From assembly GCF_009914755.1 (NCBI RefSeq), contig NC_060948.1: 64,000 nt of DNA. One strand, given 5' to 3'. A model generated the notes under the pieces. The model did not search any database and was not told the DNA's origin. It saw only the letters and a program-made list of their open reading frames with translations. How positions within the stretch are numbered: the stretch's first letter is position 1; each line of letters starts with the position of its first letter. This DNA comes from the human T2T-CHM13v2.0 reference genome, Homo sapiens. The translations under genes and the position numbers were made by a program. Below are positions 1 to 14,355 of the stretch, piece by piece.

Positions 1-3000
1 TTGTTGAATGTGGTGTGCTCCTCTTCTTTCTAAAAGAGAGACTGTTTTTCCAGGGAAAGGTGATTTGGACCTCTGCCAGCCTCCCAAATCACAATGGATT
101 CATTATCCACAGAAAAACAGAGAACATAGAGCCCTGCAACCAAAGCATAACGACACCGACAGGCCACCAAAATGTTGGGAGACTTGAAAAATGAAGCACC
201 ACAGTGCGTTAGCCATATTTTTTTAAGCAGACTCCACTTACAGGTACACACACACACAAATACACAGACACAGGAAGCCACACACACACACGCACACACA
301 CAGATATCCAGCATTCTCAGTGCTCCCACAGCAACACCCAGCCCAGCAGTTCCTGGGTTGTGTGGGTCTGCAGGGAGCCCCACCTGGGAGAGAGCAACTA
401 TATGGAAAACAGGCTGTACCTAGGAATCACAGTAGGACAATTTTCCAAAAGACTCACCCCTACAATATCTAAGCAGACCTAAGGCATTCTGCAGATCTTT
501 TTAGATCCTTATGGATTTCAGGGCTTATTCCTGGCTCTGCTTGATGTTATTTCAGCCTGGCTCACATCTGCCCTCTCCTGGGATCACGGGACTATCCCAT
601 GAATCCTACAGAGATGATAGGTGAGAGTCCAATGCCAATGCCCCTCCATGAAATTCTCCTTTTCCGCCAAGCCATAGAGACTTGTTGCTAGTCAATGTCA
701 GCATTGATTGTAATGCTAGCCATAGTTCACATCTCATGCCTGTTGCCCTGATACTAGCACATGTCCATTTGTGAGGCAGGTGGTTGTGCCCAGCTCTAGG
801 AGATGTCAGCCTGCCTAAACAGGAAAATGGTACAGACACAGCCGACCAGGTGTCAGAAATAATGTTGCCTGCGATAATTCACTGTAGAACTCTAAAATTT
901 TGAGCTTAGGGCACCTTTGGGCCATCTCCGGGTAATTTCCTCTGGAGGAGGAGGCGTTTTGATACTGTGAGGTGGTTGCTGGAAAGTGCTCTTCTGACTC
1001 CACTCCTAAAAGAGGCTGTGTGCAGGAATCAGGTCCCATGGGTATTGGAAAATAGTCTGGCGATTGTTGAGACGTCTTTGCGTGATGGAATCATACCTGA
1101 GACCCCACAAGTGCATATCAGTGACAGATTACCAGGGCCTTGGCCCTGAAGATGAAAGTGTGGAGGCCACATGCCACCAGCATCAATCCCTCCCAATCCC
1201 AAACTGGCCCTGTCTTTGAAAGAGCAACCCCGGGGAATACAGGCAGCCTGTACCTGCAAATCACAGTTTTAAAAAGACTCACCCTGACAAAGTCCGGGAG
1301 GCCTTAGGCATCCTCCAGGTCCTTTTGGATCTGTAGGAGTTTTGCGGCTTATTCCTGGGGCTGTGCTTGACTTTTCTTCAGGCTGGCTCACCTCCTCCCT
1401 CTCCTAGCCTCATGGGACTATCACGGGAATCCCACAGAGAAATGAGGCGAGAGTCCACCACTGACTAACCTCCACAGAGTTCTTCTCCGCAAAGCCGCAG
1501 AGACTTATGCCTAGGCAATGGTGGCCTTCGTTGTGATGCTAACCCGAGCCCATAGCTCAGTCCTTGTGCCTAAGAGTATGCAGACTTGGGCGACGGGCTG
1601 TCAGAACTGTCAGCCAGCCTAAGCGAAAAAAAAGAAAAAAAAAATACATGAAGAGACGGCATGGTATTGAAAAAAATGCTGCCTGCAATAACCCAGAGTG
1701 GGACCATAAAAGTCTCGACCATAGTGTCCCTTTGGGTCATCCCTCTGCTCAGGTCCTGCTGGAGAAGGAGGTGATTTGAGACTATAAGGTGGTCTTTGGA
1801 AATGCTACTCTGACTCCATTCCCAAAAGAGGCTGTGTGCAACAGTCGGGTCAGATGGAGATTAGACTATAGTCTGGTGAGTTGTTGAGGGCTCTTTGGGT
1901 GGTGGAATCATACATGAGAGACCAGAGGTGGGTGTCAGCAAAAGATGGCTGGGCTCTTGACCTCACTGCCTCCCTTCATGCTGGGCCTTGCAGGGGATCT
2001 CTGGGAAAGGAAGGGACCATGAAAAAAGCAAGTCCAAGGCAGAGCAGTGTTCTCTCACCTCCAGCTGACCCCTAAAGGATTCAGATGAGGTTGAGACAGT
2101 GTTTCAGAGCCCGTCTGTGATGATTGCAAGCCTAAAAGGGGTTTCCAGTAGTGCTGTTGAGGGGCAATGTGGACCCATGATGAAAGTAAAGAAAAATCAA
2201 GGCCCTCTTGAGAGAACCACATGACTTGTGCTGGAGTCCAAGCAACATTCAAAGATTTCTGTCACAGGACGGTAAAGCCTCCTGCAAATTGCAAACAGCA
2301 TCAGCTGCAACAACGAGACCATGACCCACAAGCTGGAGCACAGCCAGCCTACCCAAATTCCCTTTTGCTTTCAGAAATCCCTGGCAGCCAAAAGATTTGT
2401 GCTGAGAGGCACTCCCATCCAGAAACAGGCCAATGAAAGATCCCCTCCACAATGAGAAAGGACATATAGATGAAATGAAACAGAGTCTAGTTTACCAGGC
2501 AAAAGACAGAAATGGCTGCCTGCTTCTCATCCTAGAGGAACTGTGCAGCCCTCTGATAGAAGTGGGAGAACAACAGTTTCCTTGCTGGCTTCTGCAATGG
2601 GAGTTTACAGTTCTAAAATTATTACAACTCTCCAGTCATTAAAACTTGATATTGTTTAGAAGGAAATATTCACTCAGTGGATTCCCGTGAGTGTCGTCCT
2701 CCATGAACTCGGAAGTGTTTAGTTTGGAAGACATTGACCCAGACCAAGGAAACCCTATGCTGACCAGGAACACGGAAGTCAAGAAAACAAGAGGCAAGTG
2801 TGGAGGCCACATCCCACCCAGCATCTATCCGTCGCCCTCCCATTACGCTTCAGATATAAAAGCCCTCAAATCAGGACTTTGTCAGAATGGCCCCAGTTTG
2901 CACTCCAAATATTCCCTGAATATTGGAGTACTCCCACCTGAACAACAGGGATGGTGTGGACTGCTTGTGCAATTAAGGGAATTCGGGGATGTAGTTGGAA

Positions 3001-5870
3001 ACACCTTCTGTGTCATCTGTCTTCAACTTTTTTGTAGGCTAAGGTGTGGGACCCCATCCACCCCTCAGCAGATTGTATCCTCACCTGTATCTGTCCTTAT
3101 TGCTGTTCACACTCTCTGTTCCAGAAAAAAAATCCTGAAATGATGGAGGAGTTGCCCTTCATGACATGTAGAACCTGCTCTCCTGGGAAACAAATTCGAG
3201 GTAAATCCAAAGGGCCTTGTGAACAGCACTGCAACTGTCTCTTCCTGAGATGGCCGCATAACAATGAAAAACTTTGTGATGTCTGTTCTTAGGTGTGGTT
3301 TCCTCCTATTCTGTCTTGAAAAGTGACATTTTTTCAGCGGGAGGGGACTTGGACCCTGGTGTGTCACAGCCAGCATCTCAATTAACTGCAGATTAATGAC
3401 CCACAGAAAAATAAAGAACATGCATCCCAAGTAAAGCAGCAGAGACAGACCACCGAAAGTTCTGGAGACTCAAAAAAAAAAATGCTACAGTGTGATAGCC
3501 ACATTCCTTTAAGAAGACTCCACTTACAGACACACACACACACACACACAAACACACAATGCTACACACATGCAGACTTCCAACATTTGCAACACTGCCA
3601 CAGAAACATACATCCTGGCAACTCCTGAAGCTGCATGGTTCTGTAGGAAGCCCCACATGGTATAGAGCAACCATGGACAACACAGCTGGGCTCTAACTAG
3701 AAATCATAGTGGGGCAAGTTTCAAAAAGACACCCCTACAATTCTTAGGTAGGCCTGAGGAATCCACTTCTGCCCTATCCTAGGATCATGGGACTATGTCG
3801 TAGATCCCACAGAGAAAAATAGCAGGAGTCCACTTTGCATGCATCCCCATGAATGTCTCCTTTTTCTGCCAAGTCACAGGGCCTTGTCGCTAGGCAATGA
3901 TAACATTCATTGTGATGCTCAAAAAAGCTCACAATCAGGCCTGGTGCCCTGAAACTAGTGCATGCACATTCTGGAGGTAAGCTCAGGCACCTGGCTGTCA
4001 GATCAGTCAGCCTGCCTAACCAAGGAAAATGGTACAGGCAGAATCTGCCTGGTATCAGGAAAAAAGCAGCCTGTGAAAAACCATTGCTGGACCCAAAAAG
4101 CCTCCATCTCAGGGCCCCTTTGTCTGTCTCTGTGGTTGGGTCTCACTGGAGGAGAAGGCGTTTTGAGACTGTGAGGTGGTTTCTGGAAACTACTCTTCTT
4201 ACTCCATTCCCAAAAGAGGATGTGTGCCAGAATTGGGTCCCATGGAAATCGTTTTATAGTCTGGTGTGCTGTTGAGGGGTTTTTGGGTGATAGAATCTGA
4301 CTTCGTTGAGGGATTTTTGGGTAAAAGAATCATACTTGAGACCCCAGAGGCAGTTGTCAGCAAAAGATGGCCGGGCACTTGACCTGTTCTTACACATCAG
4401 ACAGGCCTCTCACTGCTGCAGATGACGTTGAGACAGTGTCTCAAATGCCATCTGTAGCGATGACAAGTCCGAATAGTATGTGCAGTAGTGCTGTTGAGGG
4501 GCACTGTGGATTCCCCATGAAAGCAAAGAAAAATCTAGGCTCAAATGAGAGAACAAGCTGCCTTGTGCTGGAGTACAAGCAATGTTCAGTGATTCCTGTC
4601 TGAGGACCCAAAATCCTCCTGCAAATTGCAAACAACCTCAGCCTTGCCAACGAGACAACAACCACAATGCGGAACCCATCCAGCCTACATGAATTCCCTT
4701 TCACTCTCTAAAATCCCTGGCAGCTAATTCAACTGTAGTGAGAGGGATTCCCATCCAGGAAGAGCCCACTGAAAGAGCGCCTCCACAATGAGAAGGCCAT
4801 GCAGATGAAATAAAACAAGCTAGATTATCAGGCAAAATCTAGACATGTTTGCCTGCTTCTCATCCTTCAGAAATCATGCAGCTTTCTGATACAAGTGGGA
4901 GAACAGGAGTTTCTGTTTTGGTGGCTATAACACAAATTTACAGTTTTAAAAATATTAAAGCTGTGCAATCATTAAAATGTGACAGTGTTTAGAAAGAACC
5001 ACTCACGCAATGGATTCTAATGAGGGTCGTTCTTCATGAGCTGGGAAATGTTTACTGTGGAATTTGTTAAGCCAGACCCAGGAAACCCTAGGCTGACAAG
5101 GGACATGGAAGTCAGGAAAAGAAGAGGCAAATGTGGAGACCACATCCCACCCAACATCAGAACATTCCACTCCCTTTTGGCTCCGTGTAGGAAAGGCCTC
5201 AAATCAAGAGCTTGCCAGCATGGTCCCAATTGGCACTCCCAATACTCCTTGCACATTGCAGAACTTCCACCTGAACATTGGGCCATGGTGTGGATTGCTT
5301 GTGCAATTAATGAAACGTGAGCATGGGGTTAGAAGCACCTCCTGTGTCATTTGTCTTCATTTTTATTGCAGGTGAAGTTGTGGGATCCCTTCCACTTCTC
5401 ATCAAATCATATCCTCACTCCAATCTCACCTTATTCCTTCTTATACTCAGTGTCCCAGGATGAAAACCCAAGATGATGGAGAAGTGCCCCTTCATAACAC
5501 AAAACACCTGCATAGCTGGAAACTGAATTCATGGTCAACTCAAGGGGACCTGCAGACAGGACTGCTAGTTCCTCTCCCTGGGTTGGATGCAGGACAATGA
5601 AACGGTAGCAGGTGTCCATTTTTTGGGTGTGGTGTGCTCTTCTTCTTTCTAGCAGAGTGGATTTTTATTTTTATTTTATGTTTATTAATTAATTTATTTA
5701 TTTATTTTTGCAGGGGGAGGGATTTGGACACCAGCAGGTCTCAGCCTGCCTCCCAATTCACTGTGGATTCATGATAACCAGAAAATTCAAAAACATGGAG
5801 CCCCACAGGCCAAGCAGAGCACACATAAAGGTCAAACAAAAGGTTTGGAGGCACAAAAAAAGAAGCGTTG

Positions 5871-6764
5871 TATTGCAGGATCTGGCCAGAAGCCCACAAT
5901 GCAATGGAGTTCTCTCTTTGTTCCTAGGTGGATTGGCAGGTTGAGAAATAATAGACACACACAAGATAGTGAAAGCTGGGTCCAGGGGGGTCACCGCTTT
6001 CTGGTCCTGTGGTGCCAACAATGCACTGGATATACCAGCATTTATTATTAAGTGTAGTGAGGGCAGGTGTAGGTTAGTGAGGGATTTAGGGTCATTTCAT
6101 TATAAGGTGAGATGGTCACATGGGGATGAAGTAATTCTTTAACATAGCATTTGTATGTACAAGTACAGTACATTTTTTATGTAGAAGTACAGTATACAGA
6201 GAGATAAGAATTTACAATATAGTGTGTGCATCAGTAATTTCTAACAGAGCCTTAGAACAGAAACACAGTCTTTCCATAACCTATGATTAGCAAGATATTA
6301 ATCAGCAGTAACAATTGCAACAAAGCTGGTTACAAACAATCCATGGAAACAAGATGTGAAGCTAGACAACCAGTTAGACCAGAAATTCTCAGAAAGGAGT
6401 ATGCCTTAACCCTAAAGAGGCCTAGAAGAGCCGTGGCAAGATGAGGGCATTTATAGCCTTATCTTATCCATATGGACAGGCGCCCCCCATGTGTCCATTT
6501 ATAGGCTCTCTATGAGGATTGCATTCCATTCCCAGAGCTACGGACATCTGCTTTTCTGGGACAGGAGTCTTGGTGATGTGAAACCTGACTGCATGTCCAT
6601 TCATAGGGTCTCTGCAGGGGGAAGCACATCACGTGCTGTTGGCTCATTCTGGCAGTCCAATCTGGCATTGTCTTTACACAATCCTGCATGCAACTTTGTA
6701 TTTACAATAATCAGGTCATTTCATCTTTTATTCTGTAGTAATAGTTTCATGGGGTCTCCCTACA
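5871..6764 (-). mobile_element. Solo LTR of the HERV-K (betaretrovirus-like) group, MER11D-like (HML-7)
   Basis: An 894-bp non-array insert. On the minus strand it begins TGTAGGGAGACCCC and ends ...CTGCAATA, with TATA-like TATAAA (~6447-6452) and AATAAA (~6041-6046). It is flanked by a degenerate 6-bp duplication (GCGTTG 5865-5870 / GTGGTG 6765-6770) of the array's GCGCTG. The family name is from my recollection of the consensus. Confidence 0.82.
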
Positions 6765-9700
6765 GTGGTGAAGTGTGGTAGCCACATTTCTTTAAGAAGC
6801 CTGCACTTACAAGAGCACACACACACACAAAATCACGATGTGACACACACGTAGACTTCCAACACTCCCAACATTCCCACAGAAACACACAGTCTGGCAG
6901 CTCCTGAGGCTGTGTGGTTCTGCAGGAAGCCACATCTGGCATAGAGCAAGCCTGGGGAACACAGGCGGGCTGTAACTAGAAATCACAGTGGGGCAAGTTT
7001 CAAGAAGACTCACTCACACCTACAAGGTCTAGGCAGCCCTAAGGTATCCTGCAGATCCCTTTGGATTCCTAAACATTTTGTGGTTTATTCCTGGGGCTGT
7101 GCTTATGTTTCCTGACTCTGGCTCTCATCTGAAATCTCCTAGGATCATGGGACTATCCTGCGGATTCCACAGAGAAGACAGGCAACAGTCCACCATTGAC
7201 GAACCTCTACAAAGGTCTCCTTCTCTGCCAAGAGGAAGGTACTTGTCTCTAGGCAATGGTGACATTCTTTGTGATGCTAGCTAGAGCTCACAATCTGGCC
7301 TGGAGACTAGTGTATGTGCATTTGTGAAGTAGGCTCAGGCACCCAGCTCTCAGAACTGTCAGCCTTCCTAAGCAGAGAAAAATGGTAGAGGCAGAGCTGG
7401 CCTACCATCAGGAAAAATGTTGCTTGTCAAAAACCACTTCAGGACTCCAAAACTCTCAGCCTCAGGGCCCCTTCAGGCATCTTCTGTGGTCAGGTCCTGC
7501 TGGAGGAGGAGGTGTTTCAAAACTGTGAGGTTGTCACTGGAAACTGCTCTTCCAGCTTCATTCCCATAGAAGGCTGTGTGCCAGAATCGAATACCATGGG
7601 GAATGGAATCTAGTCCAGTGTGTTGTTGAGGGTTGTTTGGGTGATAGAATCATACTTAAACCCCAGAGGCAGCTATCAATGAAAGATGGCCGGATTCTTG
7701 ACCTCACTGTCTCCCTTCATCCTGGGTCTTTTAATAGTTCTTTGGGAAATGAAGGAACCATAACAAAGCCAAGTCCAATGTGGAGCAGTACTTTGGGCTG
7801 GCCTCTCATGGATGCAGATAAAATTGAGACCGTGTCTCAGAGGTTGCCTGTGGTGATGGCAAGCCTGACAAAACTGTCCAGTGGTGCTATTGAGGGAAAC
7901 TATGGATTCAAAATGAAAGCAAATGAAAATCAATACTGGCCTGAGAGAATGGGCTGCCTTGTGCTGGAGCCCAAGAAATGTTCAATATTTCCTGTCAGAG
8001 GACCCAAAACCCTGCTGCAAAGTGCAAACAACCTCAGTCACCACAATGAGATAACGACCCAAACCTGCAGCGCAGCCAGCCTGCCCAAAGACCTTTTTGC
8101 TTTATGAAATCCCTGGCAGCTAAATAATTTGTGATGAGAGGCAGCCCAATACAGCAGCAGCCCAATAAAAAAACACTTCCACAATGAGAAGGTGGTGCAG
8201 ATGAGACGAAACAAAGGCTAGATTACCAGACAAAAGCCAGACATGGCTGCCTGATTTTCATTCTTCAGAAATCATGCAGCCCTCCAATGGAAGAGGGAGA
8301 ACAAGAGTTTTCTTGTTGGTGGCTGTAATGAGAATTTATAGTTTTAAAAGTGTCTAAGATTCCCAGTCATTAAAATGTGACTGTGAGAAGGAAACACTCC
8401 TGCAATGGATTCCCATGAGGGTTGCTCTCTTTGAACTGGGTAATGTTTAGTGTGGAAATTCTTGAGCCAGTCATAGAAAATGCTAGGCCAATGATGAACA
8501 TGGAAGTCAGGAAAAGAAGAGGCAAATCTAGGGGCCACATCACACAGAGCACCAATGCATTCCGCTCCCATTTGGCTCTGGATATGAAAGCCCTCATATA
8601 AGGAGTTTGTCAGAATGGCCCTAATTTACATACCAAAAGTTCCTGGTAGGTTGGAGTACTTGCACCAGAAACCAGGTCATGGTGTGGACAGCTGGTGCAA
8701 TTAAGGGAATGCGGGGATGGTGTTGGAAGCACCTTCTGTGTCATCTGTCTTCCTTTTTATTTTTGCAGGTTAAGTTGTGGGACTCCATCCACCCCTCAGC
8801 AGGTTTTATACTCACCGCATCTGACCTTATTTCTGCTCACATTCTATGTCACAGGATAAAATCCCAAGACAATGGAAGTGGACCCCTTCATGACATGAAG
8901 CACGTGATCGAATTCAAGGTAAATTCAAGGTGCCCTGCAGACAGGACTGCTAGTGTCTCCCCCTTGGTTGGCCACAGGATGATAAAACACTGGGATATGT
9001 TCGTTTTTTGTGTGTGTGGTGTGCTCCTCATCTTTCTAGAGAGGGCCTTTTTTTTCAGGGGGAGGTAATTTGGATGCTGGGGGGTCTCAGGCCACCTCCC
9101 AATTCACTAAGGATTCATGATCAACAGAAAAATAAAGAACATGGAGCCCTGCAGCTCCAGCAGAGCCACATAGACAGGCCAAGAAAAGATAGGAATCTAA
9201 AAAACAAAAAAAAAAAAGAAGCACTGAAGTGTGTTAGCCCCATTCCTTTAAGGTGGCTCCACTTATGGGCACACACACACACAAACACACACAGACACAC
9301 ACACCCACACATCCAACATTTGCAACACTCCCACAGAAACACACAGCCTGGCAGCTCTAGAGGCTGCATGGTTCTTCATGAAGCCCTACCTGGGAGACTG
9401 CAATCCTGGGGAAAAAATGGGGGCTGTACTAGTTATCACAGTGGGGCAGTTTCTAGGAGACTCATTTCTACAACAATTTCATGGACCTGATAAATCCTGC
9501 AAATGCTTTTGGATCTTTGGGGATTTCACAGTTTATTCCTTGGGCTGTGCTTGAAGTTTTTCAGACTGGCTCATGCCTGTCCTCTCTTAGGATCTTGGGA
9601 CTATCCCATGGATCCCACAGTGAAGACAGGCAAGAGTACACCACTGATGCACCTTCACAGAGGCCTCTTTCTCAGCCAAGCAGCAGGGACTTGTCACTAG

Positions 9701-12700
9701 GCAACGATGACATTTAATGTGACACTAGCCAAAGCTCACAATCAGGCCTGGTGCCCTGAGACAAGTGTATGCATATTTGTGAGGTCAGTTTGGGAACTCT
9801 TCTGTCAGAGCTGTCAGCCTGCCTTAGCAGAAAAAGGGTACAGGCAGAGCCAGTTTGGTATCATGAAAAAGGCTGCTTGAGAAAATCCACTCTGGGACAT
9901 TAAGAGTCTCAACCTCAGGGCCCCTTTTGGCCATCCCCATTTTCAGGTTTCTCTGGAGGGGGAGGTGTTTCAAGACTGTGAGTTAGTTCTGTAAACTGCC
10001 CTTCTGAATCCATTTTCAAAAGAGGTTGTGTGCAAGAATCAGCTCACATGGGGATTGGAATATTGTGTGGCGTGTTGTTGAGAACTCAGATGCAGGTGTC
10101 AGTGAAAGATGGCTGTTTTCTTGACCTCACGGCCTCCCTTCATCCTGGTCTTTGCAGGGGCTCTCTGTGAAAGGCAGGAACCACGACAAAGGCAAGTCCA
10201 AAGTAAAGCAGTGTTCTGACACCTGGGACTGGCCTCTCACGGGTGCAGATGACGTTGAGACAGAGTCTCAGAGGCTGTTTCTGGTTATGGCAAATCTGAA
10301 AAGGGTGTCCAGTACTATTGTTGAGGAGCACTGTGGATTCCGCATGAAAGCAAAGAAAAATCAACTCTCACCTGAAAGAATGAGCTGCCTTGTGCTGGAG
10401 TCCAAGCAGTGTTCAATGACTCATTTCAGAGGACCCAAAAGCCTCCGACAAAGTGCAAACAACCTCAACACCCACAGCAAGACAACGACACATAACCTGG
10501 ATCTCAGCCAACCCACCTGAAGTCCCTTTGGCTCTCAGAAATCTCTGGCAGCTAAATAATCTGTGGCAAGAAGCCATTCCATCCAGCAACAGCCCAATGA
10601 ATTAGCCCCTCCATAATGGGACAGCCATGCAGAAGAAATAAAACAGAAGCTAGATTACCAGGCAAAAGCCAGAAATGGCTGCCTGCTTCTCATCCTACAG
10701 GAATCCTGTAGCCCTCGATAGAAGTGGGAGAACAAGAGTTTCCTTACTGTTGGCAGTAATGGGCATTTATGTTTTTAAAAGTATCAAATCTCCCCAGTAT
10801 TTAAAACATGATAGTGTATAGAAGGAAACATTCACGCAATGGATTCTTATGGGGCTTGTTCTTAGTTAACTGGGAAATGTTTAGTATGGAAGTCATTGAG
10901 CCAGACCCAGGAAACCATATGCCAATGAGAAACATGAAAGTCATGAAAAGAAGAGGCAAGTCTGGAGGCCACATCCCACCCAGCATCAATCCATTCCATT
11001 CCCATTTGACTCCAGGTAAGAAAGCCCTCAAATCAGGAGTTTTCCAGGATGGCCCAAATTTGCACTCCAAATAGTTCTTTTGCTTTGGAATACTCCCACC
11101 TGAATACTGGGCCATGGTGAGGACTGCTTGTGCAATTAAAGTGACGGAAATGGAATTGAAAGCTCCTTTTGTGTCGCCTGTATTCATAGTTTTTTGCAGA
11201 TGGAGTTGCAGAACCCCATCCAAACCTTACCAGATTGTGTCCTCACCCGTATCTGACTTTATTGCTGTCACACTCTCTGTTCCAGCATGAAATCTCAAGT
11301 TGATGGAGGAGTGCACCCACAGGACATGAAGCACCTTCTTGGCTGGAAACTGAATTCTGGGTAAATTCAAGAGGTTATGGGGACCAGAGTGCTACTGTCT
11401 CTGGGTTGGCTGCATTATAGTGAAACATTGGGAGCTATCTGTTCTTGGGTGTGATGCTCTCCTCTTCTTTCTAGAGGAGTGCCTTTTTTTTTCAGGGGCA
11501 GATAATGGGGAACCCAGCTTGTCACAGACTGCTTAACTAGTCATTGCTGATTCATGATCCACAGAAAAATAAAGAACAGGGAGCACCACAGTCCAAGCAG
11601 AGACACACAGACAGGCCACCAAAAGGTTGGGAGAATAAAAAATAAAAAAGCACTGCAGTGTGTTAGTTACATTCCTTTAAGCCGAATTCACTTACATGCA
11701 CACACACAGACACACACACATAAACACATAAAGCCACACACACATGCAGACATCCAACACTTGCAATACTCCCGCAGTAACACACAGCCCAGTAGCTTCT
11801 GAGGCTGCTTCATTCTGCAGGAAGCCCCTCCTGGGAGAGAGAAAGCTTGGAAAACAAAGGAAGGCTAAACTTAGAAATTACAGTGGGACACATTTCAATA
11901 AGACAAACTGCTACAATGTCTAGGCAGGCCTGAAGAATTCTGCAGATCCTTTTGGATCTGTACGGATTTTGTGCTTTATTCCTGGGGCTCTGCTTGACAT
12001 TTCTTCAGGCAGGCTCACATCTGCCCTCTCCTAGGATCATGGGACTAGCCCATGGATCCCACGGAGAAGACAGGTGAGAGTCTACTGCCGATGCACCTCC
12101 ACAGAGATCTCCTTCTCCATCAAGCCAAAGAGAATTGTCACTAGGCAAAGGTGGCATTCATTGTAATGCTAGCCAGAGCTCGCAGCTCAGGCCCATTGCC
12201 CTAAGACTAGCACATCCACATTAGTGACTCAAATTAGAGCACCAGGGTGTCAGGGCTGTCAGCCTGCCTAAGCAGAGGAAAATGGTACACACAGAGTTGG
12301 CCTGGTATCAGGAAAAAGGCTGCCTGTGATAACCCATTGCAGGATCCTAAAAGTCTCAACCTTAGGGCCCTTATACGCTGTCTCCATGGTCAGGTCACAC
12401 TGGAGGCAGAGCCATTTCAAGACTGTGAGGTTGTCACTGGAAACTACTCTTCTGACTCCATTCCTGAAAGAGGCTTTGTGCAAGAATCCTGTCCCATGGG
12501 GATTGGAATATATTACGGTGAGATGTTGAGGGTTCTTTGGGTGATGGGCTCTTACTTGAAATACCAGAAAAAAGTTGTCAGTGAAAGATGGCCTGGCCTT
12601 GACCTCACTGCATTCCTTCATTCTGGGTTGCTCAGGTGCTATCTGGGAAAAGCAGGAACCATGACAAAGGCACGTCCAAATTGAAGCAATGTTCTCAGAC

Positions 12701-14355
12701 CTCGAACTGGTCTCTCACAGGTGCAGATGAGGTTCAGACAGTGTCTCAGAGGCCACCTGTGGAGATTGCAATCCTGAAAAGTGTATCCAGTAGTGTGGTT
12801 GAGGGGCAATGTGAATCCCCCATGAAAGCCAAGAAACATCAAGCATCACCTGAAAGAAAGAGCTGACTTGTGCTGGGGTCCAAGCAACATTTCCATATTC
12901 CTGTCACAGAAAGAAGAAGCCTCTTTCAAAATGCAAACAACCTCAGCTCCCACAAGATAATGATTGAAAACCCAACGTGCAGCCAGTCTACTCTACAACG
13001 ATTTTTCTTCCTGAAATTCCTGGCAACGAAAATATCTGTGGCAAGAGGCAGTCCCATCCAGCAACAGGCCAATGAAAGAGCCCATCCACAAAGAGAAGGA
13101 TGAGCAGATGAAATGAAGCAGAGGCTATATTACCAGGCTAAATCTAGACACGGCTGCCTGCTTCTCATCATACAGGAATCATTCAGCCCTCTGATAACAG
13201 AGGGAAAAGAAGAGTTTCCTTGTTGGTGGCTGTAATGGGAATTTACCGTTTAAAGGTATCAAAGCTGCCCAGTCATTAAAATGTGAAAGTGTTTAGAAGA
13301 AAACACTCACTCAATGGATTTCCATGAAGGTTGTTCTCCATGAACTAGGAAACATTTAGTGTAACAGTTGTTGAGGCAAACCCAGGAAACCACAGGTCAA
13401 TGAGGAACATGCAAGTCAGGAAAAGAAGAGGCAAGTTTGGAAGCCACATCCCACCCAACATCAATTCATTCCAGTCGCATTTGGCTCTCAGATTGAAATC
13501 CTTCAAATCAGAAGTTTGCCAGGATGTCCCCAATTTGCACTCAAAATGTTCCTTGCACGTTGCTGTGCTCCAATCTGAAGCTGAGTTATGGTGTGGACTA
13601 CTTCCGCAATTAAGGGAATGAGGGGATGGAGTTGGAATCACCTTCTGTGTCATCTGTCTTCATTTTTTTTTTCAGATGAAGTTCTGGGGCTCCCTCCACC
13701 CATCACCAGATTGTATCCTCACTCCTATCTGACCTTATTCCTGCTCATACTGTATGTCCTGGGATGAATGCCCAGATGATGGAGGAGTGCCCTCTCATGA
13801 CCTGAAGAACCTGCTCAGCAGTGAAACTGAATTCGTGGTATGCCCGTTTTTTGGTGTGGTGTGCTCCTCTTCATTCTAGAAGGGTGGCTTTTTTTTTTTT
13901 TTTTTTGCAGTGGCAGGTGACTTGGACACTGGCAGGTCTCAGCCCACCTCTCAGTTCACTGCGGATTCATGATCCACAGAAAAATAAATAACATGGAGCC
14001 CCACAGCCCAAGCAGAGCCACACAGACAGGCCACCAAAAGTTTGCAAGACTCAAAAAAAACCAAGCGCTGAAGTGTAGTAGCCACATTCTTTAAGCAAAC
14101 TCCACTTACAAACACACACACACACACACAAAACAATGTCACACACCCATGCCAACATCCAACTCTCACAACACTCTTTCAGAAACACAGTTTGTCAGCT
14201 CCTGTGGTTTTGTGGTTCTGCAAGAAGCTAACCTGGGATAGGCAACCCCAGGGAATACAGGTGGGCTGTTCCTAGAAATCACAGTGCTGCAACTTTCAAA
14301 AAGACTCACACCTACAAAGTCTAGGCAGGCCTAAGTTATCCTTCAGATTTTTTTG

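Noticed and set aside
12060-12300. Alternative CLUH matches EDRQ ~ AEDRQ and QRKMVQ ~ QKKRVQ
   Set aside because: Spacing was not colinear. The better-ordered matches are HREDR ~ DREDT and SLKRV ~ KKRV further downstream. This shows that single short motif matches can arise by chance; only the ordered series is persuasive.
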